Origin: Alphaproteobacteria bacterium
GTDB lineage: Bacteria; Pseudomonadota; Alphaproteobacteria; UBA9655
Direction of reading: 5' to 3'
NCBI GenBank assembly: GCA_013815465.1
Contig: JACDGE010000007.1
Span: 3,001 to 67,000, forward strand
Length of the DNA: 64,000 bases
A model generated the notes under the pieces. The model had not been told where the DNA came from and did no database searches. It worked only from the letters and a program-made list of their open reading frames with translations. The position numbers and the translations under genes are program-made. Shown one piece after another: positions 37,393 to 53,539 of this stretch (the stretch's first letter is position 1; every line of letters begins with the position of its first letter).

Positions 37393-37516
37393 TACCCAAA
37401 GAATTTCAAGAACTAGGGTAGGCGCCCCAAGGGGGAGTGAGAGGAACGTATCCTTATACGTGATCAAGCATGACTCGCGACGAGCAACGACCCGGATACT
37501 TGAAAGGCTAAGGGTA
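37393..37516 (+). mobile_element. MITE-like repeat, copy f (type I core), TA-flanked
   Basis: TA-CCCAAAGAATTTCAAGAACTAGGGTAGGCGCCCCAAGGGGG...GGAACGTATCCTTATACGTG...CTTGAAAGGCTAAGGG-TA. It fills most of the rplJ-rplL spacer. Confidence 0.7.
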
Positions 37517-37540
37517 AATCTAACAAAGGAGTATTAAACT

Positions 37541-37921
37541 ATGGCTGCACAACTTGAAAAGATTGTAGACCAACTATCTGAATTAACTGTTATCGAAGCT
37601 GCAGAGCTTTCTAAAATGCTGGAAGAAAAGTGGGGCGTAAGCGCCGCTGCTCCAGTTGCAATGGCTGCTGTTGCTGGAATGGGCGCAGAGGCTGCACCCG
37701 CCGAAGAACAAACTGAGTTTGAAGTGATTTTGGCAGCTGCTGGTGATAAAAAGATTGAAGTCATCAAAGAAGTTCGCGCAATTACAGGCCTTGGCTTAAA
37801 AGAGGCCAAAGATCTTGTGGAAGGCGCGCCTAAGACGGTGAAAGAAGCTGTTTCAAAGTCAGAAGCTGAAGAAATCAAGAAGAAACTTGAAGCGGTTGGC
37901 GCAAAAGTAGACCTAAAATAA
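37541..37921 (+). CDS. rplL: 50S ribosomal protein L7/L12
   Basis: 126 aa. Ala-rich hinge and C-terminal [32 protein letters not shown]. Confidence 0.97.
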   Translation: MAAQLEKIVDQLSELTVIEAAELSKMLEEKWGVSAAAPVAMAAVAGMGAEAAPAEEQTEFEVILAAAGDKKIEVIKEVRAITGLGLKEAKDLVEGAPKTVKEAVSKSEAEEIKKKLEAVGAKVDLK

Positions 37922-37923
37922 AC

Positions 37924-37984
37924 GAATTTGGGGTTATTTTCCCCGAATTTTTAAAAACCGACGGGGAAGAAATTCCCTCGTCGG
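37924..37984 (+). terminator. Two stem-loops in the rplL-rpoB spacer (candidate attenuator)
   Basis: GAATTTGGGG-TTATTTT-CCCCGAATTT followed by a few T residues, then CCGACGGGGAA-GAAA-TTCCCTCGTCGG. A partial terminator is known at this position in E. coli. Confidence 0.4.
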
Positions 37985-38042
37985 TACACCTATTAAAGGT
38001 GTAACCATATCCTAAATTTATTGATTTATGTAAGAGGCATCA

Positions 38043-41000
38043 ATGGCGAGAACTTATACGGAGCGCAAAAAGATTCGGAAAAGCTTTGCACGGATACCTG
38101 AAATAGCTCCTTTGCCCAATCTGATCGAGCTACAAACCACATCCTATAGTAATTTCCTGCAAATGGATGTGCCGGCAGAAAATAGAGTTTCAATGGGTTT
38201 GCAAGAAGTTTTCAAATCTGTTTTTCCAATTAGTGATTTTTCTGGAAAGTCTCAACTTGAGTTCTATCGGTATGACTTCGATGGACCGAAATATGATGTA
38301 GACGAATGTAAACAAAGGGGTGTGACCTTTTCAGCACCTTTAAGAGTGACCTTTCGATTAATTGTATGGGACATTGATGAAGAAACGGGCGCGAAATCCG
38401 TGCATGATATCAAAGAACAAGAAGTTTACATGGGTGATATTCCCCTCATGACTGAAAATGGAACCTTTGTTGTCAATGGAATTGAGCGTGTTGTGGTGTC
38501 TCAAATGCATCGTTCGCCTGGGGTCTTTTTTGACCATGACAGTGGAAAATCCCATTCGTCGGGGAAGTATCTTTTTTCAGCGCGCGTAATTCCTTATCGG
38601 GGATCTTGGTTAGATTTTGAGTTCGACGCAAAAGATATCGTTTTTGCGCGTATAGATCGAAAAAGAAAGCTTCTCATCTCTACCTTTCTCATGGCTATGG
38701 ATAGCGCTGAGACAGAAGAAAAGCGCAAAATTGCTGCCGAAAAGGGAGAAAAGCTCGACCCTATTGACGCTCAAGGCATGTCTCGTGAAGAAATTTTGAA
38801 TGTCTTTTATGGCACGGTTGAATACCAAAAATGTGGAGAACATTGGAAAACAGCTTTCAGGCCGGAATTGGTTAAACCTGGGAAGCTGGCCCATGATTTA
38901 ATTGATGCGGCTACGGGGAAAGTCGTGGCAGCCGAAGGTGCTAAGGTCAATATGCGTTTTGCGCGTAAACTTCAGACAGAAGGTCTTAATGAAATTCTTG
39001 TTTATGAAAATGATGTGCTCGGTTGTTATGTTGCAAGTGATTTAATTAATGAAAGCACCGGTGAAGTTTATGCTGAAGCAGGTGATGAAATAACGCCTGC
39101 GTTTCTAGAAGTCATTGCAAAGGCGGACGTGCAAAGTATTCCTACTTTGGACATCGACCACGTTAACGTGGGAGCTTATTTGCGAAATACTTTAATGGCA
39201 GATAAAAATTTGACGCGTGAAGATGCACTTGTCGATATCTATAGAATCTTACGTCCCGGGGAGCCTCCAACGATCGAGGGAGCCGAAGCTCTATTTCACG
39301 GACTTTTCTTTGACACAGAGCGCTATGACTTGTCATCTGTTGGTCGCGTGAAAATGAACTCACGCCTTGGATTAGACGTGCCCGATACGATGCGTGTTCT
39401 TAACAAGCAAGATGTTCTCGCTATTATTAAAGTGCTGCTTAATTTGAAAGATGGCAGAGGCGTAATTGATGATATTGATAACCTAGGCAATAGACGTGTG
39501 CGTTCTGTAGGCGAACTTTTAGAAAACCAATACCGTGTTGGTCTTTCCCGTATGGAACGGGCAATACGAGAAAGAATGAGCTCTGTTGAAATCGAGATGG
39601 TTATGCCTCACGATTTGATAAATGCGAAGCCTGCTGCGGCAGTTGTGAGAGAGTTCTTCGGTACGTCTCAGTTGTCTCAGTTTATGGATCAAACCAATCC
39701 TCTTTCAGAGATCAATCATAAACGTCGTTTGTCGGCTTTAGGCCCAGGCGGTTTGACACGTGATCGTGCAACCTTTGAAGTCCGAGATGTGCATCCCACC
39801 CATTATGGGCGTATTTGTCCTATTGAAACCCCGGAAGGTCCAAACATTGGGCTTATCAACTCTTTGGCAACCTATGCCCGCGTGAATAAGTACGGATTCA
39901 TCGAAACTCCCTATCGTAAAGTTATTGATGGAAAAGTAACAAGCGAAATTACCTATCTTACGGCTATGGATGAAAGCAAACATACGATTGCCCAGGCAAA
40001 TGCTGAATTAGATAAGAATAATCAGTTTACGGCAGACTTTGTTAACTGTCGACAAAATGGCGACTTTGTCGTGGCGCCTGCAGCTGAAATCGATCTCATG
40101 GATGTTTCTCCAAAGCAAATTGTATCCGTTGCAGCTTCATTGATTCCCTTTATCGAAAATGATGATGCAAACCGTGCTTTGATGGGGTCCAACATGCAAC
40201 GCCAAGCCGTCCCTCTATTGCGTTCGGAAGCGCCGTTCGTTGGAACGGGAATGGAAGGGCCTGTGGCTCGTGACTCAGGCGTTGCCATTATTGCAAAGAG
40301 AACAGGCATTGTAGATCAAGTTGATGCCTCTCGTATTGTGATTCGCGTTACGGACGTGAGTGCAATGACCACAAGCAATGTCGATATCTATAATCTCTTG
40401 AAGTTTCAACGATCTAATGACAAAACCTGCGTCAACCAGAAGCCTCTTGTAAAAGTTGGGGATAAAATTGAAAAGGGTGATATCATTGCCGATGGGCCTT
40501 GTATGAATATGGGGGAACTTGCTCTTGGTTCCAATGCGCTTGTCGCATTCGTTTCTTGGAATGGGTACAATTTTGAAGACTCTATTATTATTTCAGAACG
40601 CATTGTTAAAAATGATATTTTTACGTCAATCCACATTGAAGAATTTGAACTTTCAGCACGAGATACCAAGCTAGGTAATGAGGAAATTACGCGCGATATC
40701 CCGAATGTCGGTGACGAAGCCTTGCGTCATTTGGATGAGGCAGGGATCGTTTATATCGGTGCCGATGTGAAGCCTGGAGATATCCTCGTTGGTAAAGTTA
40801 CGCCCAAAGGGGAAGCTCCTTCTACGCCCGAAGAAAAGCTCTTGCGGGCCATTTTTGGAGAGAAAGCATCAGATGTGCGAGACACGTCTTTAAGGCTTCC
40901 TCCTGGAGTCCAAGGAACGATTGTTGAAGTTCGTGTTTTCTCTCGCCGAGGCGTGGAAAAGGATGAGCGTTCTTTAGCCATTGAACGCGCAGAAATCGAA

Positions 41001-42215
41001 AGACTTGCGAAAGATCGTGATGCAGAAAGGTCAATTTTAGATAGAAACTTTTATGCATCTCTAGAGGAATTGCTGCTCAAGCAAAAAATTGTGAGTGCCC
41101 CCGCAGGTGTAAAGAAGGGAACAACGGTTACAAAGAGCGTGCTTGATTCTTTGTCTAAAGGCCAGTGGCGTCAAATTGTTGTGGAAGACGATGCTATAAT
41201 GTCAGCTCTAGAGTCGGCAAAGCAGAATCATGATAATCGAACGACTGTTCTTCAGACCCGTTTTGAAGATAAGGTTGATAAGTTAAGACGTGGTGATGAG
41301 CTGCCCACAGGTGTTTTAAAGCAAGTCAAAGTTTTTGTTGCGGTGAAACGCAAACTTCAACCAGGAGATAAAATGGCAGGACGCCATGGGAACAAGGGAG
41401 TCGTTTCTCGTATTGTTCCTATAGAAGATATGCCTCATCTGGAAGACGGAACACCCGTAGATATCGTTTTGAATCCTTTGGGCCTCCCTTCCCGTATGAA
41501 TGTGGGTCAAATCCTTGAAACCCACTTAGGTTGGGCTGCAGCAGGATTGGGGCGCCAAATTAATGATGCGCTTGCCAAAATGGCTCTCGAAGAGCACAAA
41601 GATACGACCCATTTACGGACCGCTCTTGATTACGTCTATGAAGATGATCAGATCATAAAAGATATTAAGGGCTTATCTGATGATGAGGTTGTCGAACTTG
41701 CAACGAACTTGACGGGTGCCATTCCCATGGCAACTTCGGTCTTTGATGGAGCTCATGAGGCTGATATCAATCACCAGCTTAAAAAAGCCAACCTTGATAC
41801 CAGTGGACAAGTGACATTGATTGATGGGAGGTCCGGCGAGCCGTTTGATCGGAAGGTAACTGTGGGATATATGTATATGCTTAAACTTCACCACTTGGTG
41901 GATGATAAGATTCATGCTCGATCCGTTGGACCCTACAGTCTTGTTACCCAGCAGCCCCTGGGAGGAAAGGCTCAGTTTGGTGGACAACGGTTTGGAGAAA
42001 TGGAAGTATGGGCTCTCGAAGCTTATGGAGCCTCCTATACTCTCCAAGAAATGTTGACAGTTAAATCGGATGACGTTTCCGGACGAACAAAGGTTTATGA
42101 ATCGATTGTGCGTGGAGATGATAACTTTGAGTCTGGTATCCCTGAATCTTTTAACGTTTTGATTAAGGAATTGCGTTCCTTAGGATTGAACGTGGAATTG
42201 GGTGTAAATGAATAG
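38043..42215 (+). CDS. rpoB: DNA-directed RNA polymerase subunit beta
   Basis: 1390 aa with conserved blocks throughout, for example [18 protein letters not shown] and [10 protein letters not shown]. Confidence 0.99.
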   Translation: MARTYTERKKIRKSFARIPEIAPLPNLIELQTTSYSNFLQMDVPAENRVSMGLQEVFKSVFPISDFSGKSQLEFYRYDFDGPKYDVDECKQRGVTFSAPLRVTFRLIVWDIDEETGAKSVHDIKEQEVYMGDIPLMTENGTFVVNGIERVVVSQMHRSPGVFFDHDSGKSHSSGKYLFSARVIPYRGSWLDFEFDAKDIVFARIDRKRKLLISTFLMAMDSAETEEKRKIAAEKGEKLDPIDAQGMSREEILNVFYGTVEYQKCGEHWKTAFRPELVKPGKLAHDLIDAATGKVVAAEGAKVNMRFARKLQTEGLNEILVYENDVLGCYVASDLINESTGEVYAEAGDEITPAFLEVIAKADVQSIPTLDIDHVNVGAYLRNTLMADKNLTREDALVDIYRILRPGEPPTIEGAEALFHGLFFDTERYDLSSVGRVKMNSRLGLDVPDTMRVLNKQDVLAIIKVLLNLKDGRGVIDDIDNLGNRRVRSVGELLENQYRVGLSRMERAIRERMSSVEIEMVMPHDLINAKPAAAVVREFFGTSQLSQFMDQTNPLSEINHKRRLSALGPGGLTRDRATFEVRDVHPTHYGRICPIETPEGPNIGLINSLATYARVNKYGFIETPYRKVIDGKVTSEITYLTAMDESKHTIAQANAELDKNNQFTADFVNCRQNGDFVVAPAAEIDLMDVSPKQIVSVAASLIPFIENDDANRALMGSNMQRQAVPLLRSEAPFVGTGMEGPVARDSGVAIIAKRTGIVDQVDASRIVIRVTDVSAMTTSNVDIYNLLKFQRSNDKTCVNQKPLVKVGDKIEKGDIIADGPCMNMGELALGSNALVAFVSWNGYNFEDSIIISERIVKNDIFTSIHIEEFELSARDTKLGNEEITRDIPNVGDEALRHLDEAGIVYIGADVKPGDILVGKVTPKGEAPSTPEEKLLRAIFGEKASDVRDTSLRLPPGVQGTIVEVRVFSRRGVEKDERSLAIERAEIERLAKDRDAERSILDRNFYASLEELLLKQKIVSAPAGVKKGTTVTKSVLDSLSKGQWRQIVVEDDAIMSALESAKQNHDNRTTVLQTRFEDKVDKLRRGDELPTGVLKQVKVFVAVKRKLQPGDKMAGRHGNKGVVSRIVPIEDMPHLEDGTPVDIVLNPLGLPSRMNVGQILETHLGWAAAGLGRQINDALAKMALEEHKDTTHLRTALDYVYEDDQIIKDIKGLSDDEVVELATNLTGAIPMATSVFDGAHEADINHQLKKANLDTSGQVTLIDGRSGEPFDRKVTVGYMYMLKLHHLVDDKIHARSVGPYSLVTQQPLGGKAQFGGQRFGEMEVWALEAYGASYTLQEMLTVKSDDVSGRTKVYESIVRGDDNFESGIPESFNVLIKELRSLGLNVELGVNE

Positions 42216-42259
42216 AAATAAAAAGATAATAAAACTTTTTAACTTATTATTTCTGAAAG

Positions 42260-43213
42260 GTGGATATTAACGTGAGTGATATAACTCTTAAATATTATTT
42301 AGTTGCTTCAGCGATGGCTTTTGCAAGTATTAATCCAGCGTTAAGAGCAATGATTCAAGATGAACTAGAGGTTGATAAAAAAACTATCGTGAGTGAAAAT
42401 TTCAGAGACCGTAACGGTAAGAAATCTGGAGTTTTGATCTTACATTGCGTAGGGCTTGATGATGCTTGGGTTTCTAAAAATTATGGTTTAAACAATACCA
42501 ACGGGGGGCTCGGGGTAAGTGCACACTACTATGTCTCTCAAGAAAGCAAAAAAGTCTACCAGCTCGTGTCTGAAGAATTGAGTGCTTTTCATGCGGGTCC
42601 AAGTGAATGGCGTTCTTTGGCAAAGGAAAATAACCTTCAAGGATTAAATGATATATCTATAGGCATTGAGTTTCAATCTCCCGGATATGCCCAAATTAAG
42701 AGGGAAGCATATTATCCTTATAGCTTCGCGTCCTATAGTGAAGAACAAATAAACTCTGGCATCCTATTGAGCAAACAAATAATCAAAAAACACAATATTA
42801 CTCCAGAAAATGTTGTCTGGCATTCAGATGTGTCCCCTTTGCGTAAAACTGATCCGGGAGCTTTATTTGATGGGAGAAGATTTGCGCAAAATGGTATAGG
42901 TGTTTGGCCTTCTGCAGATCGTCTAGAAGATAATCAATTAGAAACATCGTTATCTACTATTCAAGCGGGTTTAAAGAGTTGGGGTTATCCTCATGTTGAA
43001 ACAACGGATGTTTTTGATAATGCAACTAAGTATGTTTTAACAGCCCATTATATGCATTATTTACCTCAAGAAGTGCAGTGGGAAGACTTCAAAAATCAAG
43101 CGTCAGGCTCGATTTTTGATACTGTACAAGAGTGGAGTGATTTCCCCTACCAAAAGGATGTTCTTGCTATTTCTTTGGAAAATTTGAATAGGAAAAATTT
43201 TGAAAAATTTTAA
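42260..43213 (+). CDS. Periplasmic N-acetylmuramoyl-L-alanine amidase (amidase_2, AmpD/AmiD/PGRP fold) with a PG-binding-like C-terminal region
   Basis: Hydrophobic leader (YYLVASAMAFASINPA). LILHCVG (Zn His), SAHYYV, SAFHAGPSEW, LNDISIGIEFQ, VVWHSDVSPLRKTDPG (Zn His/Asp). C-terminal IQAGLKSWGYP...DNATKYVLTAHYMHYLP. There is no ATG near the start; candidates are GTG 42260 or, better spaced from AAAGGTGG, GTG 42272. Confidence 0.8.
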   Translation: MDINVSDITLKYYLVASAMAFASINPALRAMIQDELEVDKKTIVSENFRDRNGKKSGVLILHCVGLDDAWVSKNYGLNNTNGGLGVSAHYYVSQESKKVYQLVSEELSAFHAGPSEWRSLAKENNLQGLNDISIGIEFQSPGYAQIKREAYYPYSFASYSEEQINSGILLSKQIIKKHNITPENVVWHSDVSPLRKTDPGALFDGRRFAQNGIGVWPSADRLEDNQLETSLSTIQAGLKSWGYPHVETTDVFDNATKYVLTAHYMHYLPQEVQWEDFKNQASGSIFDTVQEWSDFPYQKDVLAISLENLNRKNFEKF

Positions 43214-43252
43214 ATTTAAGCGTAATAACGATAACGAAGCATTAGGAATTAG

Positions 43253-47446
<4,194 letters not shown>

Positions 47447-47538
47447 TTAAGTAATTCCTAACAGTAGGTGTTACTGATTGCTGATCAACCTAATAGCGTT
47501 ATATAGGGGGCATAGCCATTGTCAACTAAAAGGACTTT

Positions 47539-47674
47539 TGGACATCCCCCAGGCGTCATCCTGGAGTTTAGAAAAGCTTAAGCTTACCTAAGGTGAGCAT
47601 TAGCTTTTCTTAACATCTGCGATCCAGCGTTGCGAGGCGCAAGGTAAAAATTCCTGGGTCTCGGGTGATGTCCA
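47539..47674. repeat. Palindromic intergenic repeat downstream of rpoC
   Basis: TGGACATCCCCC (47539-47550) pairs with GGGTGATGTCCA (47663-47674), with an inner GAAAAGCT/AGCTTTTC pair. The right arm CCTGGGTCTCGGGTGATGTCC resembles the right arm at 14150-14181. Confidence 0.45.
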
Positions 47675-48074
47675 TATAAAAAAAATGGTTGAGCGCTTTG
47701 TTAAAAGTCCACACCTTTAATCGCCCTAGATGTTATCCACAATTTAAAAAATTTTAATTCTTTTCAGTTATTTAAAAATTAATTTTTGAAATGGCCAATT
47801 GAAAAATTTGACAGAGAAAAAATATTCTGTAGAGTAATAAAGGTAAGATTAGATAAGGCTGGCTATCCCTTAATCAGTGTTCAGTCGTGGGTCTTCAGAA
47901 AATCTTTTGGAAGACTGGAAGGGGGTGAGAGGGCTTTTTTTGTTCCATATCACTTGCTCCATGCATAGAGTGATAGGCCGTTGGTTATGAAACCCGGCGG
48001 ACTGGCAGGCAAAATTAATAAAAACAATGACCTAAAATATTTGCCTAAAAATTTCATGTGACCGCATAGAAAGC

Positions 48075-48104
48075 TTGACAACATTATTCTCTTCCGCTTA
48101 TGAT
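48075..48104 (+). promoter_or_regulatory. Candidate sigma70 promoter of the rpsL-rpsG-fusA-tuf operon
   Basis: TTGACA (48075-48080), an 18-nt spacer, then TATGAT (48099-48104), about 165 nt upstream of rpsL. Confidence 0.4.
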
Positions 48105-48268
48105 CCCCCATCATTATAGAGCTGGTGGTAGACAAACTGTCTAGACGCTGCTCGAAAGATTGGCGAGAAAGAACAGCTTGTATTTTTGAATGAAGGGAGA
48201 TATGCTCCCTTTTGATTAAGTATTACACGCTTTAAGTACGAAGTAAAATTTGAAAGGAAACGGTTTTA

Positions 48269-48640
48269 ATGCCGACGATTAACCAGTTGATTAGGAAGCC
48301 ACGTCAGGATCGCGAGGTGCGTAATAAAGCGCCTGCTCTGCAAGGCAATCCTCAAAAAAGGGGCGTTTGTACGAGGGTCTTTACAAAAACACCGAAAAAA
48401 CCAAACTCGGCGTTAAGAAAAGTTGCCCGTATTCGTTTGACCAATGGCCATGAAATAACAGGCTATATTGGTGGTGAAGGGCACAATCTCCAAGAACACT
48501 CCGTCGTGCTGATTCGCGGAGGAAGGGTCCCCGACCTGCCTGGTGTGGGTTATCATGTTATCCGCGGTACTCTTGACACCCAGGGCGTTCAAAAACGACG
48601 CCAGGGACGGTCTAAGTATGGCGCAAAGCGTCCGAAGTAG
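48269..48640 (+). CDS. rpsL: 30S ribosomal protein S12
   Basis: 123 aa. [12 protein letters not shown]... and [20 protein letters not shown]. Confidence 0.98.
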   Translation: MPTINQLIRKPRQDREVRNKAPALQGNPQKRGVCTRVFTKTPKKPNSALRKVARIRLTNGHEITGYIGGEGHNLQEHSVVLIRGGRVPDLPGVGYHVIRGTLDTQGVQKRRQGRSKYGAKRPK

Positions 48641-48652
48641 GAGAAGAGAGAA

Positions 48653-49123
48653 ATGTCAAGAAGACACGCAGCTGAAAAAAGACCCGTCATGCCAGACGCT
48701 AAGTATGGCGATACGGTATTGTCAAAATTCATGAGCTGCTTGATGTATCAAGGAAAAAGATCTATTGCAGAAACCATTGTATATGGTGCGTTGGATCAGG
48801 TAAAAACTAAATCCTCTTTAGATTCATTGCAAGTTTTTCATGATGCCCTTGAGAATGTAAAACCTTCAGTTGAGGTTCGCTCCCGTCGGGTTGGTGGGGC
48901 AACTTACCAAGTTCCTGTTGAAGTTCGCACCGAGCGTGCGCAAGCCCTAGGGATTCGATGGATTATTAAAAGTGCGCGGAGTCGGTCAGAAACAACAATG
49001 ACGGATAGACTTGCAGCAGAGCTAATGGATGCAGCAAATAATCGTGGATCTGCAGTAAAAAAGCGGGAAGATACCCATAAGATGGCAGATGCAAACAAAG
49101 CTTTCTCTCATTTTAGATGGTAA
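48653..49123 (+). CDS. rpsG: 30S ribosomal protein S7
   Basis: 156 aa. [13 protein letters not shown] and [19 protein letters not shown]. Confidence 0.98.
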   Translation: MSRRHAAEKRPVMPDAKYGDTVLSKFMSCLMYQGKRSIAETIVYGALDQVKTKSSLDSLQVFHDALENVKPSVEVRSRRVGGATYQVPVEVRTERAQALGIRWIIKSARSRSETTMTDRLAAELMDAANNRGSAVKKREDTHKMADANKAFSHFRW

Positions 49124-49138
49124 GGATAGATAGTTAGA

Positions 49139-51214
49139 ATGGCACGGACAACACCCCTTGAAAAATACCGTAATATTGGAATTATGGCCCACATCGATGC
49201 TGGGAAAACGACGACAACAGAGCGTGTGCTTTATTATACCGGAAAGTCCCACAAGATTGGCGAAGTCCATGAAGGTGCGGCAACCATGGACTGGATGGAG
49301 CAAGAACAAGAGCGTGGTATTACGATAACGTCTGCTGCAACAACTTGTTTTTGGAATGACTACCGTATTAACATTATTGATACACCCGGGCATGTGGACT
49401 TCACCATTGAAGTTGAGCGCTCTTTGCGTGTGTTGGATGGTGCAGTTGCTGTTTTTGATAGCGTTGCCGGTGTTGAGCCACAATCTGAAACGGTTTGGCG
49501 TCAAGCGGACAAATATCATGTCCCGCGTATCTGTTTTGTTAACAAAATGGATCGGACAGGGGCGAATTTTTTCCGCACCGTTGATATGATTATTGACCGT
49601 CTGGGGGCTCTCCCCCTTGTGATTCATCTTCCTATTGGATTAGAAGCTGATTTTACGGGTCTTGTTGATCTTATCCAAATGAAGGCGATTCGCTGGAAAG
49701 ATGAGACTATGGGTGCGGAATTTGTTATGGAAGAGATTCCTGAAAATTTAAAAGAGCAAGCTGTAGAATACCGGAAAAAACTAGTTGAAACGGCAGTCGA
49801 GCAAGATGACGATATTCTTGAAGCTTATCTTGCGGGACAAGAGCCGGATGTTGCTGCTCTAAAAAAGTGTATTCGTAAGGGTACAGTGGGCGCAAAGTTT
49901 GTCCCGATTTTATGCGGATCAGCTTTTAAAAATAAGGGTGTCCAGCCGCTCCTTGATGCGGTGGTCGACTTTTTGCCTTCCCCTTTAGATATTGGACCCG
50001 TACAAGGGGAATCGATCGAGGGTGACAAAGAAATGATGCGTAGCCCGTCAGACGATGAGCCCTTCTGTGGACTCGCTTTTAAGGTTATGACGGATCCATT
50101 TGTGGGGTCTTTGACTTTCGTACGTGTTTACTCCGGGGTTTTGAACGCAGGGTCTTACATTCTCAATTCCGTAAAGGATAAGAAAGAGCGCGCAGGCCGT
50201 ATGCTTCAAATGCATGCAAACGAACGCGTGGATGTAAAGGAAGCAGTGGCTGGCGATATTATTGCTCTAGCTGGACTGAAAGATACCACAACAGGTGATA
50301 CGATATGCGATCCCAGCAAGCCGGTCGTCCTTGAGCGTATGATTTTTCCTGAACCTGTTATCGAAGTTGCTGTTGAACCGAAGACAAAAGCTGACCAGGA
50401 AAAAATGGGTCTTGCATTGGCTCGGTTAGCCGCAGAAGATCCTTCCTTTCGAGTTGCAACAGACTTTGAGTCGGGTCAAACAATTATTAAGGGAATGGGT
50501 GAACTCCATCTTGATATTATTGTGGACCGCATGCGCCGCGAATTTAAAGTTGAAGCGAATGTGGGTGCACCTCAAGTTGCATACAGAGAAACAATTACGA
50601 AAAAAGCAGAAGTTGATTATACACATAAAAAACAAACAGGTGGAGCGGGCCAATTTGCGCGTATTAAGCTTCGTTTTGAACCTCAAGAGCCAGGAATGGG
50701 TTACACTTTTGTGAATTCCATTGTGGGCGGATCTGTGCCAAAGGAATATATTCCAGGTGTAGAAAAGGGTTTATTGCAAGCGAGTGCGACGGGGGTCATT
50801 GCGGGATTCCCTATGATTGATTATAAAGTAACATTATATGATGGTGCTTATCATGATGTAGACTCTAGCGTTCTTGCTTTTGAAATTGCTTCTAGAGCGG
50901 CCTTCCGCGAGGGGATTCCAAAAGCAGATCCGCGGCTCCTTGAGCCGATTATGAAGGTTGAAGTCGTGACGCCTGAGGATTATATGGGCGATATCATTGG
51001 TGATTTGAACAGTAGACGTGGACAAGTTTCTGGAATGGACCAGAGAGGAAATGCACGGGTTATCGAGGGTTTCGTACCTTTGGCGCAAATGTTTGGGTAT
51101 GTGAATACCTTGCGCTCGATGAGTCAGGGGCGTGCGCAATTCACCATGCAGTTTGATCATTATGAACCCGTGCCTCAGCATATTGCTGATGAAGTAAAGT
51201 CGAAATACGCATAG
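49139..51214 (+). CDS. fusA: Elongation factor G
   Basis: 691 aa. [32 protein letters not shown]. Confidence 0.98.
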   Translation: MARTTPLEKYRNIGIMAHIDAGKTTTTERVLYYTGKSHKIGEVHEGAATMDWMEQEQERGITITSAATTCFWNDYRINIIDTPGHVDFTIEVERSLRVLDGAVAVFDSVAGVEPQSETVWRQADKYHVPRICFVNKMDRTGANFFRTVDMIIDRLGALPLVIHLPIGLEADFTGLVDLIQMKAIRWKDETMGAEFVMEEIPENLKEQAVEYRKKLVETAVEQDDDILEAYLAGQEPDVAALKKCIRKGTVGAKFVPILCGSAFKNKGVQPLLDAVVDFLPSPLDIGPVQGESIEGDKEMMRSPSDDEPFCGLAFKVMTDPFVGSLTFVRVYSGVLNAGSYILNSVKDKKERAGRMLQMHANERVDVKEAVAGDIIALAGLKDTTTGDTICDPSKPVVLERMIFPEPVIEVAVEPKTKADQEKMGLALARLAAEDPSFRVATDFESGQTIIKGMGELHLDIIVDRMRREFKVEANVGAPQVAYRETITKKAEVDYTHKKQTGGAGQFARIKLRFEPQEPGMGYTFVNSIVGGSVPKEYIPGVEKGLLQASATGVIAGFPMIDYKVTLYDGAYHDVDSSVLAFEIASRAAFREGIPKADPRLLEPIMKVEVVTPEDYMGDIIGDLNSRRGQVSGMDQRGNARVIEGFVPLAQMFGYVNTLRSMSQGRAQFTMQFDHYEPVPQHIADEVKSKYA

Positions 51215-51231
51215 ATAAATGGAGATAAAAG

Positions 51232-52422
51232 ATGGCAAAAGAAAAGTTTGAGCGGAAGAAGCCGCATTGTAACATTGGAACGATTGGTCATGTGGACCAT
51301 GGGAAGACGACCTTAACGGCGGCGATAACAAAAGTGTTATCGTTGACGGGTGGCGCGGTGTTTACAGGTTATGACATGATTGACAAGGCGCCGGAAGAAA
51401 GAGCGCGGGGGATCACCATCTCGACAGCCCACGTTGAGTATGAAACGCCCGATCGTCACTATGCGCACGTTGATTGTCCCGGACACGCGGACTACGTGAA
51501 GAACATGATCACGGGTGCAGCTCAAATGGATGGTGCGATTCTGGTTGTGAATGCGGCCGATGGTCCGATGCCTCAGACTCGCGAACACATTTTGCTTGCG
51601 CGCCAAGTTGGTGTTCCCGCTCTTGTTGTCTTTATGAACAAAGTGGATCAGGTTGATGATCCTGAGCTGATAGAATTGGTTGAGATGGAAATTCGTGAAT
51701 TGCTGACTTCTTATGGTTTTCCAGGGGATGATATTCCGATTGTGAAAGGATCCGCCTTGTGTGCCTTAGAAGGCCGTGAGGATCCCATTGGAAAAGATGC
51801 GATTATGGAGTTGATGACGGCTGTTGATACGTATATTCCCCAGCCCGAGAGAGCGCTGGACAAACCCTTTTTGATGCCGATTGAAGACGTGTTTTCTATC
51901 TCTGGCCGTGGTACGGTTGTGACGGGGCGTGTTGAGAACGGAATTGTCAAAGTTGGAGAAGAAGTAGAAATTATTGGTTTGAAGGCGACGGTGAAGACGA
52001 CAGTGACGGGCGTTGAAATGTTCCGTAAGCTGTTGGATCAAGGTCAAGCGGGCGATAACGTTGGTGCGCTTCTTCGAGGAACCAAGAGAGAAGACGTGGA
52101 GCGTGGGCAAGTTTTGGCAAAGCCAGGAAGTATCACGCCGCACACGAACTTCAATTGTGAAGCTTATATTTTGAAGAAAGAAGAAGGTGGTCGTCATACG
52201 CCCTTTTTTGGGAACTATCGTCCTCAGTTTTACTTCCGTACGACGGATGTGACAGGGACGGTGAAGTTACCGGATGGGGTAGAGATGGTGATGCCTGGAG
52301 ACAATGTAACGATGGAAGTTGAGCTGATTGCTCCAATTGCCATGGATGAAGGTCTTCGTTTTGCGATCCGCGAGGGTGGCCGTACAGTTGGTGCGGGCGT
52401 CGTCGCTTCCATCAAGAAGTAG
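51232..52422 (+). CDS. tuf: Elongation factor Tu (copy 2, str-operon context)
   Basis: The 396-aa translation is identical to copy 1, and the overlapping spurious ORFs also translate identically, which implies nucleotide identity. The stop codon differs (TAG here, TAA in copy 1). Confidence 0.98.
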   Translation: MAKEKFERKKPHCNIGTIGHVDHGKTTLTAAITKVLSLTGGAVFTGYDMIDKAPEERARGITISTAHVEYETPDRHYAHVDCPGHADYVKNMITGAAQMDGAILVVNAADGPMPQTREHILLARQVGVPALVVFMNKVDQVDDPELIELVEMEIRELLTSYGFPGDDIPIVKGSALCALEGREDPIGKDAIMELMTAVDTYIPQPERALDKPFLMPIEDVFSISGRGTVVTGRVENGIVKVGEEVEIIGLKATVKTTVTGVEMFRKLLDQGQAGDNVGALLRGTKREDVERGQVLAKPGSITPHTNFNCEAYILKKEEGGRHTPFFGNYRPQFYFRTTDVTGTVKLPDGVEMVMPGDNVTMEVELIAPIAMDEGLRFAIREGGRTVGAGVVASIKK

Positions 52423-52470
52423 TTGATGTTATCTGTGCTCAATTAGGGGTGCACAAAAAGGAAGTTATAA

Positions 52471-52782
52471 ATGAGTGAAAATCAGAGTATACGTATACGG
52501 CTTCGAGCATATGACTATCGTGTTTTAGATCAATCTACGAGCGAAATCGTCAATACGGCTAAGAGAACAGGTGCAAAAATTCGAGGGCCTATTCCTCTTC
52601 CGACGGATATTGAAAAGTATACGGTTTTACGTTCGCCCCATATTGATAAAAAATCTCGTGAACAGTTCGAAATACGGACACACAAGAGGCTTTTAGATAT
52701 CGTCGAATGGTCGCCTCAGACAGTTGATGCTTTGATGAAGCTTGACTTGCCTGCTGGTGTTGATGTTGAAATTAAACTCTAG
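52471..52782 (+). CDS. rpsJ: 30S ribosomal protein S10
   Basis: 103 aa. [16 protein letters not shown]... and the conserved operon position. Confidence 0.97.
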   Translation: MSENQSIRIRLRAYDYRVLDQSTSEIVNTAKRTGAKIRGPIPLPTDIEKYTVLRSPHIDKKSREQFEIRTHKRLLDIVEWSPQTVDALMKLDLPAGVDVEIKL

Positions 52783-52794
52783 GAGTTTTGAGAA

Positions 52795-53538
52795 ATGCGA
52801 ACAGGCTTGATCGCTGAGAAGTTAGGAATGAGTCGTCTCTTAACAGAGAAAGGTGAACATATTCCGATCACCCTTCTTAAGGTAGATAACTGTCAAGTTA
52901 TCTCTACAAAGACGACTGAAAAGGACGGATATTCGGCTGTTCAACTGGGTGTTGGTACAGCAAAGATAAAACGTATCTCACAAGGTTTGCGGGGTCACTT
53001 TGCTAAGGCAAAGGTGGAACCTAAAAAGAAAATTGCTGAGTTTCGAGTTGCAGAAGATGCGCTCTTGAATGTGGGCGACCACTTGTCTGTTGAACACTTT
53101 TTAAATGGCCAGTACGTAGATGTAACGGCAACCTCCATTGGTAAAGGGTTTGCGGGCGCCATGAAAAGACATAACTTTGGCGGCTTACGAGCAAGTCATG
53201 GTGTGTCTGTTTCTCACCGGAGTCACGGATCAACAGGTCAGTGTCAAGATCCTGGAAAAGTGTTTAAAGGCAAAAAAATGGCTGGACACTTGGGAGATGA
53301 AAGAGTAACTATTTTGAACCTAGAGGTTGTGCTAACAGATCTCACCAATGGTTTGATCGGCGTTCGAGGAGCAGTTCCAGGGAATCCTGGAGGTTATGTG
53401 CTTATTCGAGATGCTGTAAAAAAGAAGTCTCCGAAGAATTTGCCTTATCCTGCAGGGCTTTTAAAATCGACAACACCGGAAACCGTTTCCCATGAAACAT
53501 TACCGGAAACGCAGCCAACAAATGTTGAGGCAGAGTAA
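52795..53538 (+). CDS. rplC: 50S ribosomal protein L3
   Basis: 247 aa. [27 protein letters not shown]. It has an extended C-terminal tail. Confidence 0.96.
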   Translation: MRTGLIAEKLGMSRLLTEKGEHIPITLLKVDNCQVISTKTTEKDGYSAVQLGVGTAKIKRISQGLRGHFAKAKVEPKKKIAEFRVAEDALLNVGDHLSVEHFLNGQYVDVTATSIGKGFAGAMKRHNFGGLRASHGVSVSHRSHGSTGQCQDPGKVFKGKKMAGHLGDERVTILNLEVVLTDLTNGLIGVRGAVPGNPGGYVLIRDAVKKKSPKNLPYPAGLLKSTTPETVSHETLPETQPTNVEAE

Positions 53539-53539
53539 C

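Noticed and set aside
47786-48135. 60-aa plus-strand and 61-aa minus-strand ORFs in the rpoC-rpsL gap
   Set aside because: The plus-strand ORF begins with TTG and contains a promoter-like TTGACA (47808-47813) near its 5' end. Neither has an RBS or family resemblance, so the region is treated as non-coding.
49022-49627. 201-aa minus-strand ORF, and many similar 60-180-aa ORFs antisense to or out of frame with fusA, rpoB, rpoC, tuf, secA, tkt, lolC (26281-26823), the thiolase gene and the integrase gene (22186-22788)
   Set aside because: Each lies wholly inside a long, strongly conserved gene on the other strand or in another frame. They have low-complexity or Cys/Arg/Ser-rich composition and no RBS context, so they are typical shadow ORFs.
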